Source: Lama guanicoe (lineage: Eukaryota). Taken from it: DNA of 64,000 nt. The notes under the pieces are model-generated. The model did not search any database and was not told the origin of the DNA. It worked only from the letters and a program-made list of their open reading frames with translations. The stretch covers positions 6,730,122 through 6,794,121 of the forward strand of contig MU053810.1 of the NCBI GenBank assembly GCA_013239625.1, in the 5' to 3' direction. The position numbers and the translations under genes were made by a program. How positions within the stretch are numbered: the stretch's first letter is position 1; each line of letters begins with the position of its first letter. Shown piece after piece: positions 14,165 to 26,519 of this stretch.

Positions 14165-15650
14165 GTTGAAATCACAACCATCAAGGCAATAAAAATCTCC
14201 ATAGTTAAATGTGGCACAGAGCTCTGAAACTATACATTCTCAGGCAAACCATTTACCAGAAATCTAGACATAAAATACTGATGCTGTATTTAGAAACTAG
14301 AGCATGTATAGACATAAAACACAAAACAAAAAGAGAAGCTTAATACTGAAGAGCTTTGAACATAGATGTTATAAAATAAAGTGTATTTCAAAGATACGTT
14401 ATAAAACAAATCAAGTAGGACATTCAAAGCCAGACAAAATTAGGAAAGTTTTTAAGTCTCTTTAGTTTTCTATGAGATATATTCCTGTTTTGTTCGTGCT
14501 TAATGTTTAATATGTTCTGAAAGGACAAACTATAGAGAACAAAATTTGCTTTTATTTCTAGTTTTCTTGTAAAGGTACCTCTACTTACTAAAAGATACCT
14601 CTTATCAACGTGCTTAGTGCATTTTCCAAATCTTTGACTCATATGAGTAGAGTAAATGAAACATATCAATTTATACACTGGTCTATTTAAGGCAGAAACC
14701 CCTAATTAGCTTCTGAAAGTGACATGAATATACCAACATAATTAACAGTATTTAGGGCCATTCAGCTGGGTTCCTTCAAGAAGCTAGCAGGGCAATGTGA
14801 TAAGAGGTCATTAGAAAGAGCAGGTGGGGAGGAATGAGCAGCGGGAGCTGTCTTTTCCTCGGCTAGTCAGAGATTGTACAATATAAGAGCAACTCCCTGG
14901 AGCTCAGGAAAGTCTGTTTTCACAGTTATGGGGGGAGCCATTCGTAATGGGAGATTGTATGCAAAGTCCCAGAGGACTCGGCCTCAGGCAGCTCCCGGAC
15001 AGATTACAGGGAGCCTGGGAAGGGAAGATGAAGGCCAGAAGGGGAAGGGAGGGGGCGAGAACTGCTCCTGTCTCAGGGATTCAAGGGCCTCTCTTCTAGG
15101 CCCTTCCGACACACGAGCGATGAGAATGACAAAAATGTAGGGTCTGCAAAGCTAAGGCATGTAACGCCACCATTTCTGAAAATTATTTAGCTCGAGACTT
15201 TGTGGCGCCTTCCACACCAAGGCTTCCTGAATTAATGAAACGATGAAGGAAATTTACATTGTTAGGAGCCAAGTGACTTTGATCTTTCCTGTTTCATTAA
15301 AAACAACTTAAAATGGTGGGAATATCTCCAGGGAGAGTGTTCAAATCTTAGTCTCACAAAGCCCATGTGGGCACTTAATGAGTTAAAAAACAGGAAAAGA
15401 GTAAGTCAAATTACTTTTAAATCTAATTTTTTAAAATGTCTTAAAATATCAGCATTAGAGGTAGTTCTGAAAAATCGATTTGAAGCCTTTCTAGTCCAAG
15501 GTTTCACTTTAAGCATGACATTCTTCTGTAGGGCACCTTGTTACTTTCTACTATATGCAAACATATGACATATGAGAGAAGGCTTGGCTATTTTCTAATT
15601 TATGTCTGAACCTAAGTAATTTTCTTTGGCTTGGGAACTTAGCTTCCTAT

Positions 15651-16125
15651 TGACAAAGATTCTCTCCTTGTCTAAACTTCAGTCAGGCTCCTCTGAGCCC
15701 TGCCCTTCACTGAGCCTAACAAACCTTTGGGCACACGCACGTGTCTGTGTTTTTTCCTTGCTCCATGTTAGCCAGAATCCTGCTAGGCCTGTTTAGTGAG
15801 GATCTCCCATCCTTGATATCTGGGATCACGCCGGCTTCCCTTCAGCAAGAATCCTGCCAAGTTGGCTTATCCAGAAATTCTCTGTTACCCCTGAGGTTGC
15901 CCGCTTGTAATTTTCTATCCGGCGTATCCCCCCCTGCTCCTTGGCAATCAGTCCCCACTTTTTCTTGTTGTGTTCACAGTTGAGCCCAATCTCTTTCCCC
16001 TACTGTAAAAACAAAAACAAAAACAAAAACAAAAAACAAAAACCCATTGTAGTTGGCCCTCTTAATAAAATCTATCTTACCATTCTTTAACAAGTGTCCG
16101 AATAATTTTTTTTTTTCCTTTAACA
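15651..16125 (+). mobile_element. Solo LTR, ERV1 (MER31/MER67-like)
   Basis: Starts TGACAAAGATTCTCTCCTTG...AGTCAGGCTCCTCTGAGCCC and ends TTTAACA; AATAAA at ~16064; 4-bp TSD ctat/ctgt. Confidence 0.85.
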
Positions 16126-16932
16126 CTGTTCAAACAGTACACTTGCTGACCAGGAAAGAGACCTGCCTCAGAAACTTAAGAATGAGTCCCTTTTCTCTGG
16201 GAAAATGTGGTTCTTAGCAAACATCACTACTTCTATATCCAGAGCAGGCAGCCAGTGAAGATGAGAAATCACAGTGACCTCGGCAGAAGGGGCCTAAAAT
16301 CCTTATCTTTTCCAGGATCCACATGGCAAACTCTCCCCATTTCCTGTCAGAATGCAATGCCCACAGCTACATGTTCAAAGGATACCCTACTGATAGGTTA
16401 TTTTGGCTGAGGTGGGGAGCTGGTTAAAACTGTTGTGAAATTGGTTCACGTTGAAACTCTCTGGGTCACAATCTGGGATCTTAAACACCCTTCATCTGTG
16501 TGCTGGGGTGATTGCAAGAGGACTTTTAGAAGAATCTCATTGAGGCATTTGCTCAGCCACCTAAGAACAGAACAAAGGTTGCTATTTTGGGGGCTTTCAT
16601 AAATGAGGGCTGACCAACACCTTGCTCAGGGCTCTGCTGAGGCAGGTGGGTCTGCGCTTAACAGATCAAGCCTACTAACTTCAGGCGTTTGCCTAAGGCC
16701 CTATCTCAAATTCCCTGCCAACCCGGGTTATCACACGTTAAGCTAAAGGAGACGGCCTTCACTGTTACGAGCTCTCATTTTTTCTATATAGTTGCCCACT
16801 TGATTTTCTTTCTTTTGCTCTTCTAAAAATTTAAAATATCTTACAGTATTTTATGTATCCTTATAAGATTATGTAAAATAAATAAATATAAATCTTTTCC
16901 AGTGACTTTTCAAAATTTACTAGGAAACAATA

Positions 16933-16973
<41 letters not shown>
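16933..16973. repeat. (CTAT)n tetranucleotide microsatellite
   Basis: About 10 perfect CTAT units. Confidence 0.95.
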
Positions 16974-19219
16974 CCTTCCCACAAAGTGTAAATATTTGGA
17001 GCTAATGAGAGAAAACTGCTATGTATTGCATTGTAGCCAGAGCAAGTAGTACTGAATAATGTATGAAATGAAAATCTCTAGTCCAAAGCCAGAAGAAGGC
17101 TTTCTTGCTGCCTGCTTAAATATTCATTTTAAATATAATACAAAAAAACCATTTTGTTTTTTTCTTGATTAGCCTTAGAAAAAGGAAAAGTCAATTTGTT
17201 TTCAGAAACCATGTTACAGGGAGTAAGAAAATGTCCTAGCATTAACTTTCTTAATCTCTCTCCAGCCACTTTCATTTAAAACAGTTCCTCATTTTACCTC
17301 CTGAAAACATACTCAGCTTTTCTGAGCCCAGAGATACTGCCTTCCCAGGTTTCTTCAAACCAACAGACCAAGGAACCTAGTTTAGCAAGTATTCTGTGAA
17401 CCCACACATCCACGAAGTTGCTAGATGTTCTTTCAGATCTCTCCGATGTCGTTCATGTACCAAGTCAAACATATCTATGGTTACTGAAGGAAACTCCTTT
17501 TTATAAATGCACCTTCTTTATTTTTGTCTACTTCAGCTCTATTTTTCCTTATGATCCATACTACGCCAGCTAAAACCTGTCCCATTCTTCCTTTTATTTT
17601 CTTTCATCAAAGAGAGACAAACAGCTTCAGGTTCAAATAAGTTGTATTGCATGAATGGTCTGCCACTGAGCTGGGGAGGTGGGACTGCCCTGCCCAGGGT
17701 ACAGGTAACAGTGTCTGTAGAGAATTGAAGACAATCATGATGACAACTAAAAGTTGTTCTGCTTTTTATCACCACCACATGCTGGTCATTCTAAACAATG
17801 TCAGGGATAAAACCCTCCTCCCTGAAGGAGTGGACCACTTTCGCCCTCTCCCCTAACTTGTTACATCCCCATATTGCACTGCTAACAAACCAAAGACGTG
17901 CAATTTCCCTTCGGATTGGTATGATAGTCTTTGGCAGTATGACTCTCAAGTGCGGGGAAAGACCACTAAAGAAAAAGATGGGCGATTTGGTAAAAGTGAA
18001 TGAAACCCTTAAGTTCCCATTGCAGGCAAACAGTATCATTTCTAGTGACAGAGTGAGATCCTATTTCTTTTTCCTATTTTCTTCAAGTTCTCAGAGCTTC
18101 TGGAATTCTGTAAGCACTGCAGTCGATCAATGAGAGACCAGGAGATAGAAAAAGAAATATTCAACAATTGTGCTAAGCCTTGAGGGAAATCGCTAAAATA
18201 AAACAAAAATGCAAGTCTTTCCTCCCTATCCTATTCTTAAGGGACTAGAGCAGTCATTTTATTTATCAGTACTGATAATTGCCTTAGAATTTCTGCCTAA
18301 AGGGGTAAGATTTACTTTTTTTTGTAAATTTTGAAATAAAAAATGAAGTTCTATGAAAATGAGACTATGGCATCCAGGAGACTTCATCCCTTAGCCCAGG
18401 CTACCTTCATCCCTTCAGCTCCTTTGGGTCAGGTCCTCCAAAGCCTGGTATTTAGCTTCAACTCTGTGACTTTCCACATATCCTTCCAATGAATTCCCTT
18501 TTGGCTTAATTTAGTCATAGTCAGTGTCTGTCATTTGCAGCCAAAGCCCCCTCCTTGATATATTTACACATATTCCAGTTGTGTTTAAGATTTACAACAA
18601 CTCCACAGGTGAGGTGAGAAGTATTTCTAAGATGTTAAAGTAATTTATTCTTGGTTGTATAAATAATTAATGGCAGAACTGAAATTCAAATCTGGATTTG
18701 TAAAGAGTTATGTCTTTTCTCCCTATCCTGTTACCACAAAATCTTAGAAATCCTTTCTTGAGGACCACATGTTGCTTGATGACCAGAGATATCAACCAAA
18801 GACACCCCTTGAAGCTACATTCACTATAAATATCCACCATGCAGTCACTGCACAAGTATCTGAACGCATATAATATGGGCAAGATGCAGCACTGAGACTG
18901 GGCAACACAAAACTTGCTCAGCTAGTCACTTCCATCGGGCAGCTTACATCCTTCTAGGATGCTGATTCTTCAGTTTATAGACTTAAAAAATACTGGAATC
19001 AGTTGAATTTAAACAGTATGGGAAAAACCAATACAATATAAAGCCATATGGCTCAGACAGGATAAGAATAATTCAGCTCATTAAATGAGAAATAGTTTCC
19101 ACTCGATTTAAGCCACGTGTAGGTAATTCTTCACTGCAACGACTTCTAGAGACACAAAGTCAGAGAGAAAATAGTTTTAATTACAGTCTTTAAAATAAAC
19201 AAAAGAGTGATGAAGCAAT

Positions 19220-19712
19220 CCAGTTTCCCAAATTCCAATCATTTGTATACCACCCTCAAGATTTTGGCCTTTATCTGTGTACCAGCTAATATTTTCTTTA
19301 AATCAATTTATATTTCTTGCTTTAAAATATTTTAAAGAAAACTTTATATTGCTACTTTCAATGAAAAACTGATAGATAATCCAGTCATAGAAAGTAACTA
19401 TGGAAAAAATACAGTGAAATAAAGGTAATAAATTTCATCTAGACAGTGATACAGCAGGAAGCTCTGAGCCCGAAGTTTGATCCTCTTTTTGCTGTAAAGG
19501 AAAGCTAGCAACTGTTTGGCAGGTGTTAATGACCTAGTATTTCCAAACGAATATTTCTCCTGGAAATATACAGAAGGCTGGAAAGAGTAACTGAATGGAA
19601 GTAATTTTTGTATTATATGATTCAGTGTTAGTTACCACTGTGTTTTCGTCCCACCAAACAGCCTCTTGGAGATCACAGCATCGTGTGTTTCAGACACTTG
19701 AGGGCACACAGT
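19220..19712. mobile_element. Degraded hAT-Charlie-like non-autonomous DNA transposon
   Basis: Starts cagtttcccaaa...tttgtataccaccctcaagattttggcc; decayed complementary end cacttgagggcacacag. Confidence 0.4.
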
Positions 19713-22700
19713 GAGTCAGGGGAATGTGAGTGTGTAATGTGTGGAGAGAATTGTGGGGAGCAGTTCCAAGTCTGCATCTGCCATTTTCATTCGTTCACTC
19801 ATCAACTACCACGTATTAAGCACACGCTACATGTCAGTCAGTGTGCTAAGGGTCGGGATTCAATGGTAAGACCATCACTTCAAGGAGAAGGTAAATTAGG
19901 TAAAAATGAAAAACATAATTACATAAGCAAACTATACTATATAATAAAGGACCTAACAGACGCTCACTGCTAGACTTCTAGGGAGAGAGGTCATTTTCAA
20001 GTCTCAAGAGGCCAGCCTTTTTTTTTTTATTTCCAGGAAATCCAGATGTCTTGTTGTCCATTATAGGCTGTCAATGATTTCTCGCTTCCCTTGGTGAGCA
20101 GCAGTTGAAAACCAGCTATTACACAAGGAATGGAAAGCAGAAGGTACTTGAAGAATAGGGCACAAGAGCAAAGTGTGCTGGGACATGGAAAGACTAAAGT
20201 GAGCCTCAGAAAGAACATTAGAGATTGGTCTAATCCTTTCTTTTCTAGGAAACAGGGGACTATGATTTCCTAGAATTAGAGCCTCAACTGAGATTTAAAC
20301 TGGACCTCTTGAGATCCAGTCCAATACACTTTGCACTAGATGACATCTGTAAGAGAGGAATCTTGAGATATTAAGGATATTTACATTTGTTCCAAAAAGA
20401 TAATCTGGAGCACTCCCAGTAAATAAGTATCAAAAAATAAATAAATCAATAAAAGATGGAGATCCTCGTGTAGTCGAGAGTACAATGATCACATTTCAAG
20501 AAAGGTTGAAGGGGGGTGGCATTTAAAGATGAATACAACACATATTACAGCATCTAAGATATACTACTATATGAGCCATGTCAAAATACTTCTATTGAGA
20601 AATACTCATGGTCAAATTAGCAAGAAAATATGAATGGCTTACTGCAGTTATCAAAACAACATTAAAGCTGATCAGCGTAGTGTTTCCTCTCTAGAACTGT
20701 AACGTTTCCCTGCAGGAGGCATCTGTATTTTCTCTCCTGTGCTCTTTAGTACCACTGCATTAAGAAAACTTGGAAAGAGGAGGCAAAGGAAAGGCCTGGA
20801 ATAATTTCCAGCTCTCCCCAGCCTTTGTGGGGAGGTAATTTATTTTATTGCCTCTGTCTTTCTAGTAACTTCTCATGTACATTTTTAAAAGTAGGCGACT
20901 TTGAAACTAAAGGATAAGGAATTTACACCATTTTCCAATTTATAAGGTTGATAACCCTGAGCACGCTGATTAAGGAGGAAAGCCAAGAATACTGTTGTTT
21001 GGAAATTCATCCATAGCATTTTAGCAGGATTACCTGGGGCGTTGAACTTGGGAATGGAGGCCAATAGTTTCTGTCAAATAAGCATATTGCCGAATTCCTC
21101 TATATAGCATTCTTTGGTAGCTCTGGACTTGGATTATTATTTCAATTGTGTTGTCTTTGCATCTCTTTCTGTTCTTAGCTAGTAAATACTGTTTCACATT
21201 CATTTAAAACTTGTTTTTTATTCAGAATTAACCTTTCCATAAAGAATGGCACATTCTAGTAAAGCATGTTGCTCCAATTCAGTTGTATTAAAAGATTTTC
21301 CCAGAGAATCCTAAAGGTATTACTTTGAAAATGAAAACTATGTATCATCTTGCTATCTAAGTTCTTGAAATTTAACCATTTAAGTGGCTGAGCCAGCTTG
21401 CGATGACATGCTAAGCCAAACACTTTGATCCTCCCATGGGAATGAAAGGCAATAAAATATAATATACCTGTGAAGCTTGAGGGTGACAGTTCCATAAACA
21501 GTAGCAAAACCAAGAAGACGGACCCATCTTAGGAGAACACAGCGAAACGTGCTTGGCTCAAAGTACAAAATAACAACCTGTGGGGTGAGAAGAGAGAGAA
21601 AGAAACCTTCAGGATCAGCAGATGACCCACAGACTAAAATCAGGGCTTCATAATCTGATGTTTCGTATATTTGAATTTTGACATAAGCACATACTCATTT
21701 GAATAAAACTCTCAAATATTGTATCTCTCACTCATTGTCCAAATCAAAGGACTACAGAGTCTCCTTATTGCTTTCAAATCAGAGCTAAAGTCTTTAATTC
21801 TAACTTTCAAGAGTTTCTATCAATTGCCTCTACATTTTTGGTGTGTCCAAGCTTAACTCTCTTCACTTCCCCAGATGGGCTACAGGCGAGTTCCCACTGC
21901 CTTTCTCAACTGGAGCCCTGCTTATTTCCACCTCCACACTTCCAGCAATACCTTTTCCTGTCTGAAATATTCCTGAGAGGATTATCCGGTACTGTACCCC
22001 ATCCCAATCAATCTACCACTCTGTGTTTTTTAAGTTTATTACTTCACTCAGTATTTGGCTCAGTTACTTCACTAACTCCTTTCTTCTCACTCCAGAGTCT
22101 TCATTCAACAAATATTAATTAAGCATTGACCATGAGCCAGGCACTCTGCTAGATACTGTGGATACAAAGGCCAATGAGAAAGGGAAGAGAGCCATATCGA
22201 CAAGAAATTGCATCAAGGCAGTATGGATGCTGTGACAAATATCTGTGCAGGTTTGATGGGACACAAAGGAACAAGGGGCCATTTCCAGGCGGATGGTCAG
22301 AAGCCATGTGAAAGCACTGTATGCACCACCCTGCACCTGCCACTGTGGGTTTGGAGGAAGCCCTGAGAGAATGGGAAGTGGTTTGGCCCTGCTAAGGGAT
22401 TCATGCCGTTCAGAAGTACAGGCCTGGGCTCTTCTGCTGCAGCAGCTGGCCTGAACCGATTCTGCTGAACGTAAGGTCATTATAACAGAAAAATATGCCT
22501 GCTCCCCAAATCCTGAATATTTTTTTTTGTCCCAAAGATGTGAATATTGGAAAAGCATAAAGTACAGCTAGGGCACAGTGTGGGGGGGTTGGCACTGAGA
22601 TTTTTTGCAGATATCTTACCAATGGAGCCCCACTCTCCAGCAGTACCAACAATTCTCAAATAATTCCACTGTACAGATATGACACCAAGGACTGACAAGA

Positions 22701-23689
22701 CCATTAGGGTTAAATTCTCAAGGAGTGTGAAAAAGACTGGGCTAAAGTGTCAGGAAGAAATGAAATGAAGGTAAAAATAGGCATGGACAGGAGATAATGT
22801 TCCTTTGTGTATACATAGTACTTGTCCTTAATTTTCTAATTCACTAAATCTATGCTGAAGATATAGATAATGATTTGATTTCAGAATTTACTCTACCAGA
22901 AAATTGTTTGAATTCATCCAAAAATTGATATAAAAAAACCTTTCTTTTATTTTCACAAAATAAGTTCAAATTCTGTAAATTTGTATTCTAAGTTTTAGCA
23001 CATATACTTTAGACATAGTTGTTATGCAAAAGGGTCCAATGGTAATTATGAGTTCTGCAAAGTAAGCTGTACTGTTTACTAAGGAGTTGAAGCTTAAGGA
23101 AGAAGGGAAAACATATGGGGAAAAAAAAGCAGAGAAAACTTGATAAAAGATTAAGGGATTAGGGAAGCATATGTGTTCCTTCTCACGGCAGAGAGAAATG
23201 ATAGCTTAGAAACTAGAGAGATAGGCAGCTAAATTAAAGTCTAGAATATATAAAATCTCAAATATTTCCACTAGAGATGACTTCTGAGATTATTCTAGTT
23301 ATGGCGGATTCCTGGGGGCTGCAAAGTCCTGTGACTTATTGCAAAGTTTTCCATTTCACAACAAGCAATGACCAAGAGAATGAATAAGCAAAGGTGAACA
23401 ACTATGCCAAAGAAGTCTGCATAATTTTTTGTTTTTTTGAAAGAAAGAATTGCTCTTGAACTGTTAGGGAACTACTGATAGAGCTTCAAACTTCGATTTC
23501 ACAGATGAAAAATCTGAAGACTTGATACTGTAAGTGAAAGATTGAGTTGGTTAGAAATAAATGAAGGAGTAATAATTTTTTTCAGCATCCCTGGATGAGG
23601 TATAGAAAATGAAATTCCAGTATAGTAAATAAAATGTATTATTAGAAATAGTTCGGCAGACAGTGAAGTTGAACTCTCAAGTTTGCAGT

Positions 23690-23905
23690 ATCGTGATGAA
23701 GAACACAAGCTCTGAATCCAGTCTCCCTGGGTTTAGTCCTGGCTCTGTTCTTTATTAGTTCTGTGACTTTCACAGTGCCTTGCTATGCCTCAGTCTTCCC
23801 ACGTGTAAAATGAACACAACAATAATAATTGCAGATGGGACTATTTTGAAGTTTACAGTGAGCATTCAGTGAGTATACAGTGACTGTTCTGGCTAATATT
23901 ATTAT
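23690..23905 (+). mobile_element. MIR SINE
   Basis: Core: ctctgaatccagtctccctgggtttagtcctggctctg...tgcctcagtcttcccacgtgtaaaatg. Confidence 0.7.
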
Positions 23906-23949
23906 GAGAGTTGATTTATGAATGCTTTGTTCTAAAAGCTACCACTCCA

Positions 23950-24060
23950 TGCATTGCTGTATACCTGAAACCAACATTGTAAATCAACTACACTTCAATT
24001 AAAAATAAACTTGAAAAATAAATAAAAAGGTAAAATATAAATTTTAAAAAAATTTAAATA
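23950..24060 (+). mobile_element. Extremely 5'-truncated L1 3' end with A-rich tail
   Basis: gctgtatacctgaaaccaacattgtaaatcaactacacttcaattaaaaataaa is a laurasiatherian-type L1 terminus. Confidence 0.75.
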
Positions 24061-24303
24061 GAAGTTACTTTTCCAATGCAGTATAATTACATTTCATCAA
24101 CTCAATGAATTCTTTACTGATGGTTCCAGCCACTCCTGAATTCCTATAATCACTTTTTGACTGTATGCTTCTTTACCTTATGGTATAGTTATCTGTGGGT
24201 GTCTCTCTGAATCAAATGTAAAATCAGAGAAGGCAGGCTTCTCCATATAACCTGTGCGCTTTACATTTAAATGTGAAGTATTTGCTTAATGATCTCTTAG
24301 CTA

Positions 24304-24376
24304 ATTCAATAACTAAAATGTTACCTTCAAAATAAACTATTCAATAACTAAAATGTTACCTTCAAAATAAACTATT
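24304..24376. repeat. Perfect 35-bp tandem duplication
   Basis: attcaataactaaaatgttaccttcaaaataaact occurs at 24304-24338 and again at 24339-24373. Confidence 0.95.
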
Positions 24377-24559
24377 TGAAAAGTCTAACTAGGGTTCACT
24401 AGTCTTTGTGATTCTAATTTACACATTCACTATTATTTACTCTGTGTGAGGCAGTAAGGGATTTAGAAGCCATAAAAATAAATCAGATACAGATTAGGTC
24501 CTCAAGTTTAGAACAGTGGATGTTACATGTAAATGATGAAAAAACTGGTATGGTCATAC

Positions 24560-24770
24560 CACATTTTTACACAGCACCATCTCTAGATGCTAACTTATGC
24601 GTTACTTACTTATTTAATCTTTACAATATCTTTTAAAATAGGGACTTTTATTTTACAGAATAGAAATGAGGCACAGAGAATTTAAGTGATCTGCTCAGGG
24701 ACAGACAGCTAGGAAGTGTCTAAGCTAGAATCCGAATCCAGCAGTCTGGTTCCAGCATTTGTACTCTGGC
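24560..24770 (-). mobile_element. MIR SINE
   Basis: tttaatctttacaa...ttttacagaatagaaatgaggcacagagaatttaagtgatctgctcagg. Confidence 0.75.
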
Positions 24771-25140
24771 TTGTCTCTCCAAAGAGTTCTACCACGAGAG
24801 GGAGGGGACAAATGCCAGGATACCACAGACTGCATCAGACTGAGGGTTCAGAGAAAAGGGCAATTAATCTCAGTGGAAACAAATGAAGCTATCCTGGGAG
24901 GGCGGGCATCTGCGAGGACATGAAGGAGGAATGGGTTTAAGCAGGTAAGCAGGGGAAAGGGGAGGGAGCCCAAGACAGAGGCACGGCTGTGGGAGGACTT
25001 CAGTGTGTGGCGTATGTGGCTACAGCAGGAAGACATCAGGGCAGGGCTGAATATCAAGCTTTAAAGCAGAGATGGGGCCAGTTCACTGTCAGCTTTGCAT
25101 AACAGGGTGAGGAGCTGAGATTTTATTCTGTAAGCAGACA

Positions 25141-25190
25141 TGCCATTAAACTTCTTCTTCTTTTTTTTTTTTTTTGCCATTAAACTTCTT
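25141..25190 (-). mobile_element. Solitary poly(A) retro-insertion with 16-bp TSD
   Basis: tgccattaaacttctt at 25141-25156 and 25175-25190 flanks only cttc plus a T run. Confidence 0.75.
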
Positions 25191-26460
25191 AGAGTTGAGA
25201 TCGGAAGTGTGTTCCGGAAAGCTACTCTGGTTGCAGCATGCCAGAGGACTGGTTCCCATGGAGGGGGAAGATACTGCAAGTGAGAGGACCATTTGGAAAA
25301 AAGAAGAGCAACCTCAATCCATCATCTTTCCCATCAACCTTTCCCCTCTTCTTATATCTTACTCCAGCATCACTCGTTCCTCCAGTTCCCAAACGGCAGC
25401 CAGGAGGATGCTTCTGATGCCTCAGTCTCCTGCCTAGCGCCTCTCAGTGGCTCCCAGTGCTCTCATGAAAATGTCTAAATAATTCAAGGTGGTTGACAGC
25501 AGCTTACCTTTATTATATCATTACTTTCCATCCACTCTAGCCCTCCAATCCTGGTGTATGCTGTCCCCTCTGCCTGGATGTTCCTGATACAACCCCACAG
25601 TCTCACGTGGTCCTGGCTTACTCCTGTTTCCCCGCAGGCCTCAGCCTGAATATCTCTTCCTCCGGGAAGAGGAAGCCTTCCCCATGGCTTAGGACACTGT
25701 CCCTGCTTTACTGCAGCACAGGACCCATGACACCATGCTGGCATGTGGGCTCTGTGACAGTCATGTTTATCATATTCACTCCTTTAACTCTGGCACTAGT
25801 AGAGTCCTGGCACATGGAAAATGCTCCTAAATATTTGTTGAATGAAAGAAAAAAATAAAGCTGTAGGAAAAAAGGTAAAGACAGATGTACCTAATGTAGT
25901 GAGAATGGGAGTTCAGTCACTCATGGGAACGGATGAAAAGAAGACATTGAATCAAGAAAATGGGGCAGCTGTTTTTTTTAAGGCAAAAGAGAATAAGATA
26001 CCAGAGATAATATAGAGATTTAAAACCTGGGTGATTGGGAGGATGATTGTCTTTGAAAAGAAACAGATAAGAGAAAAGATGCATTAAGTCTGGGGGAATT
26101 ATGTTACCTCTGCTTAAAAACCTCCCCAGCCCCACCTCGTCCTTCACGTCTCACGTCAGGGTTGGCATCCCCAAGTGCTCCCCAGCTCCCCCAGGCTAAG
26201 TCAGGCTTCCATCTCGATTGCACATTATTTACATGTACTGAATTCTGAGCTTTCCTTCATCTCACTCATCAACTCTATTTTGATATAATTATTTCTGTAA
26301 TTCATCTATTGAATGTGTCTTACCAGCAGGTAAGATGTGAGGGCAGGGACTGTAACTACCTTATCCACGCCTGCATGCCCATTCCCTAGTATTGCACTTT
26401 GCCATAGGAGGCAACCAATAAGTGGATAAGGAAGGAATGAGATTTAAAAGAAGGAAGGGA

Positions 26461-26519
26461 TGATCACTATGCTGTACACCATTGTAAATCAATTATACTT
26501 CCACTAAAAAGAAAAGAAA
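26461..26519 (+). mobile_element. ~60-bp L1 3' terminus insertion
   Basis: actatgctgtacaccattgtaaatcaattatacttc plus A tail; TSD aaaagaaggaaggga (26446-26460)/aaaagaagggaggga (26520-26534) at a ttt/aaaa endonuclease site. Confidence 0.8.
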
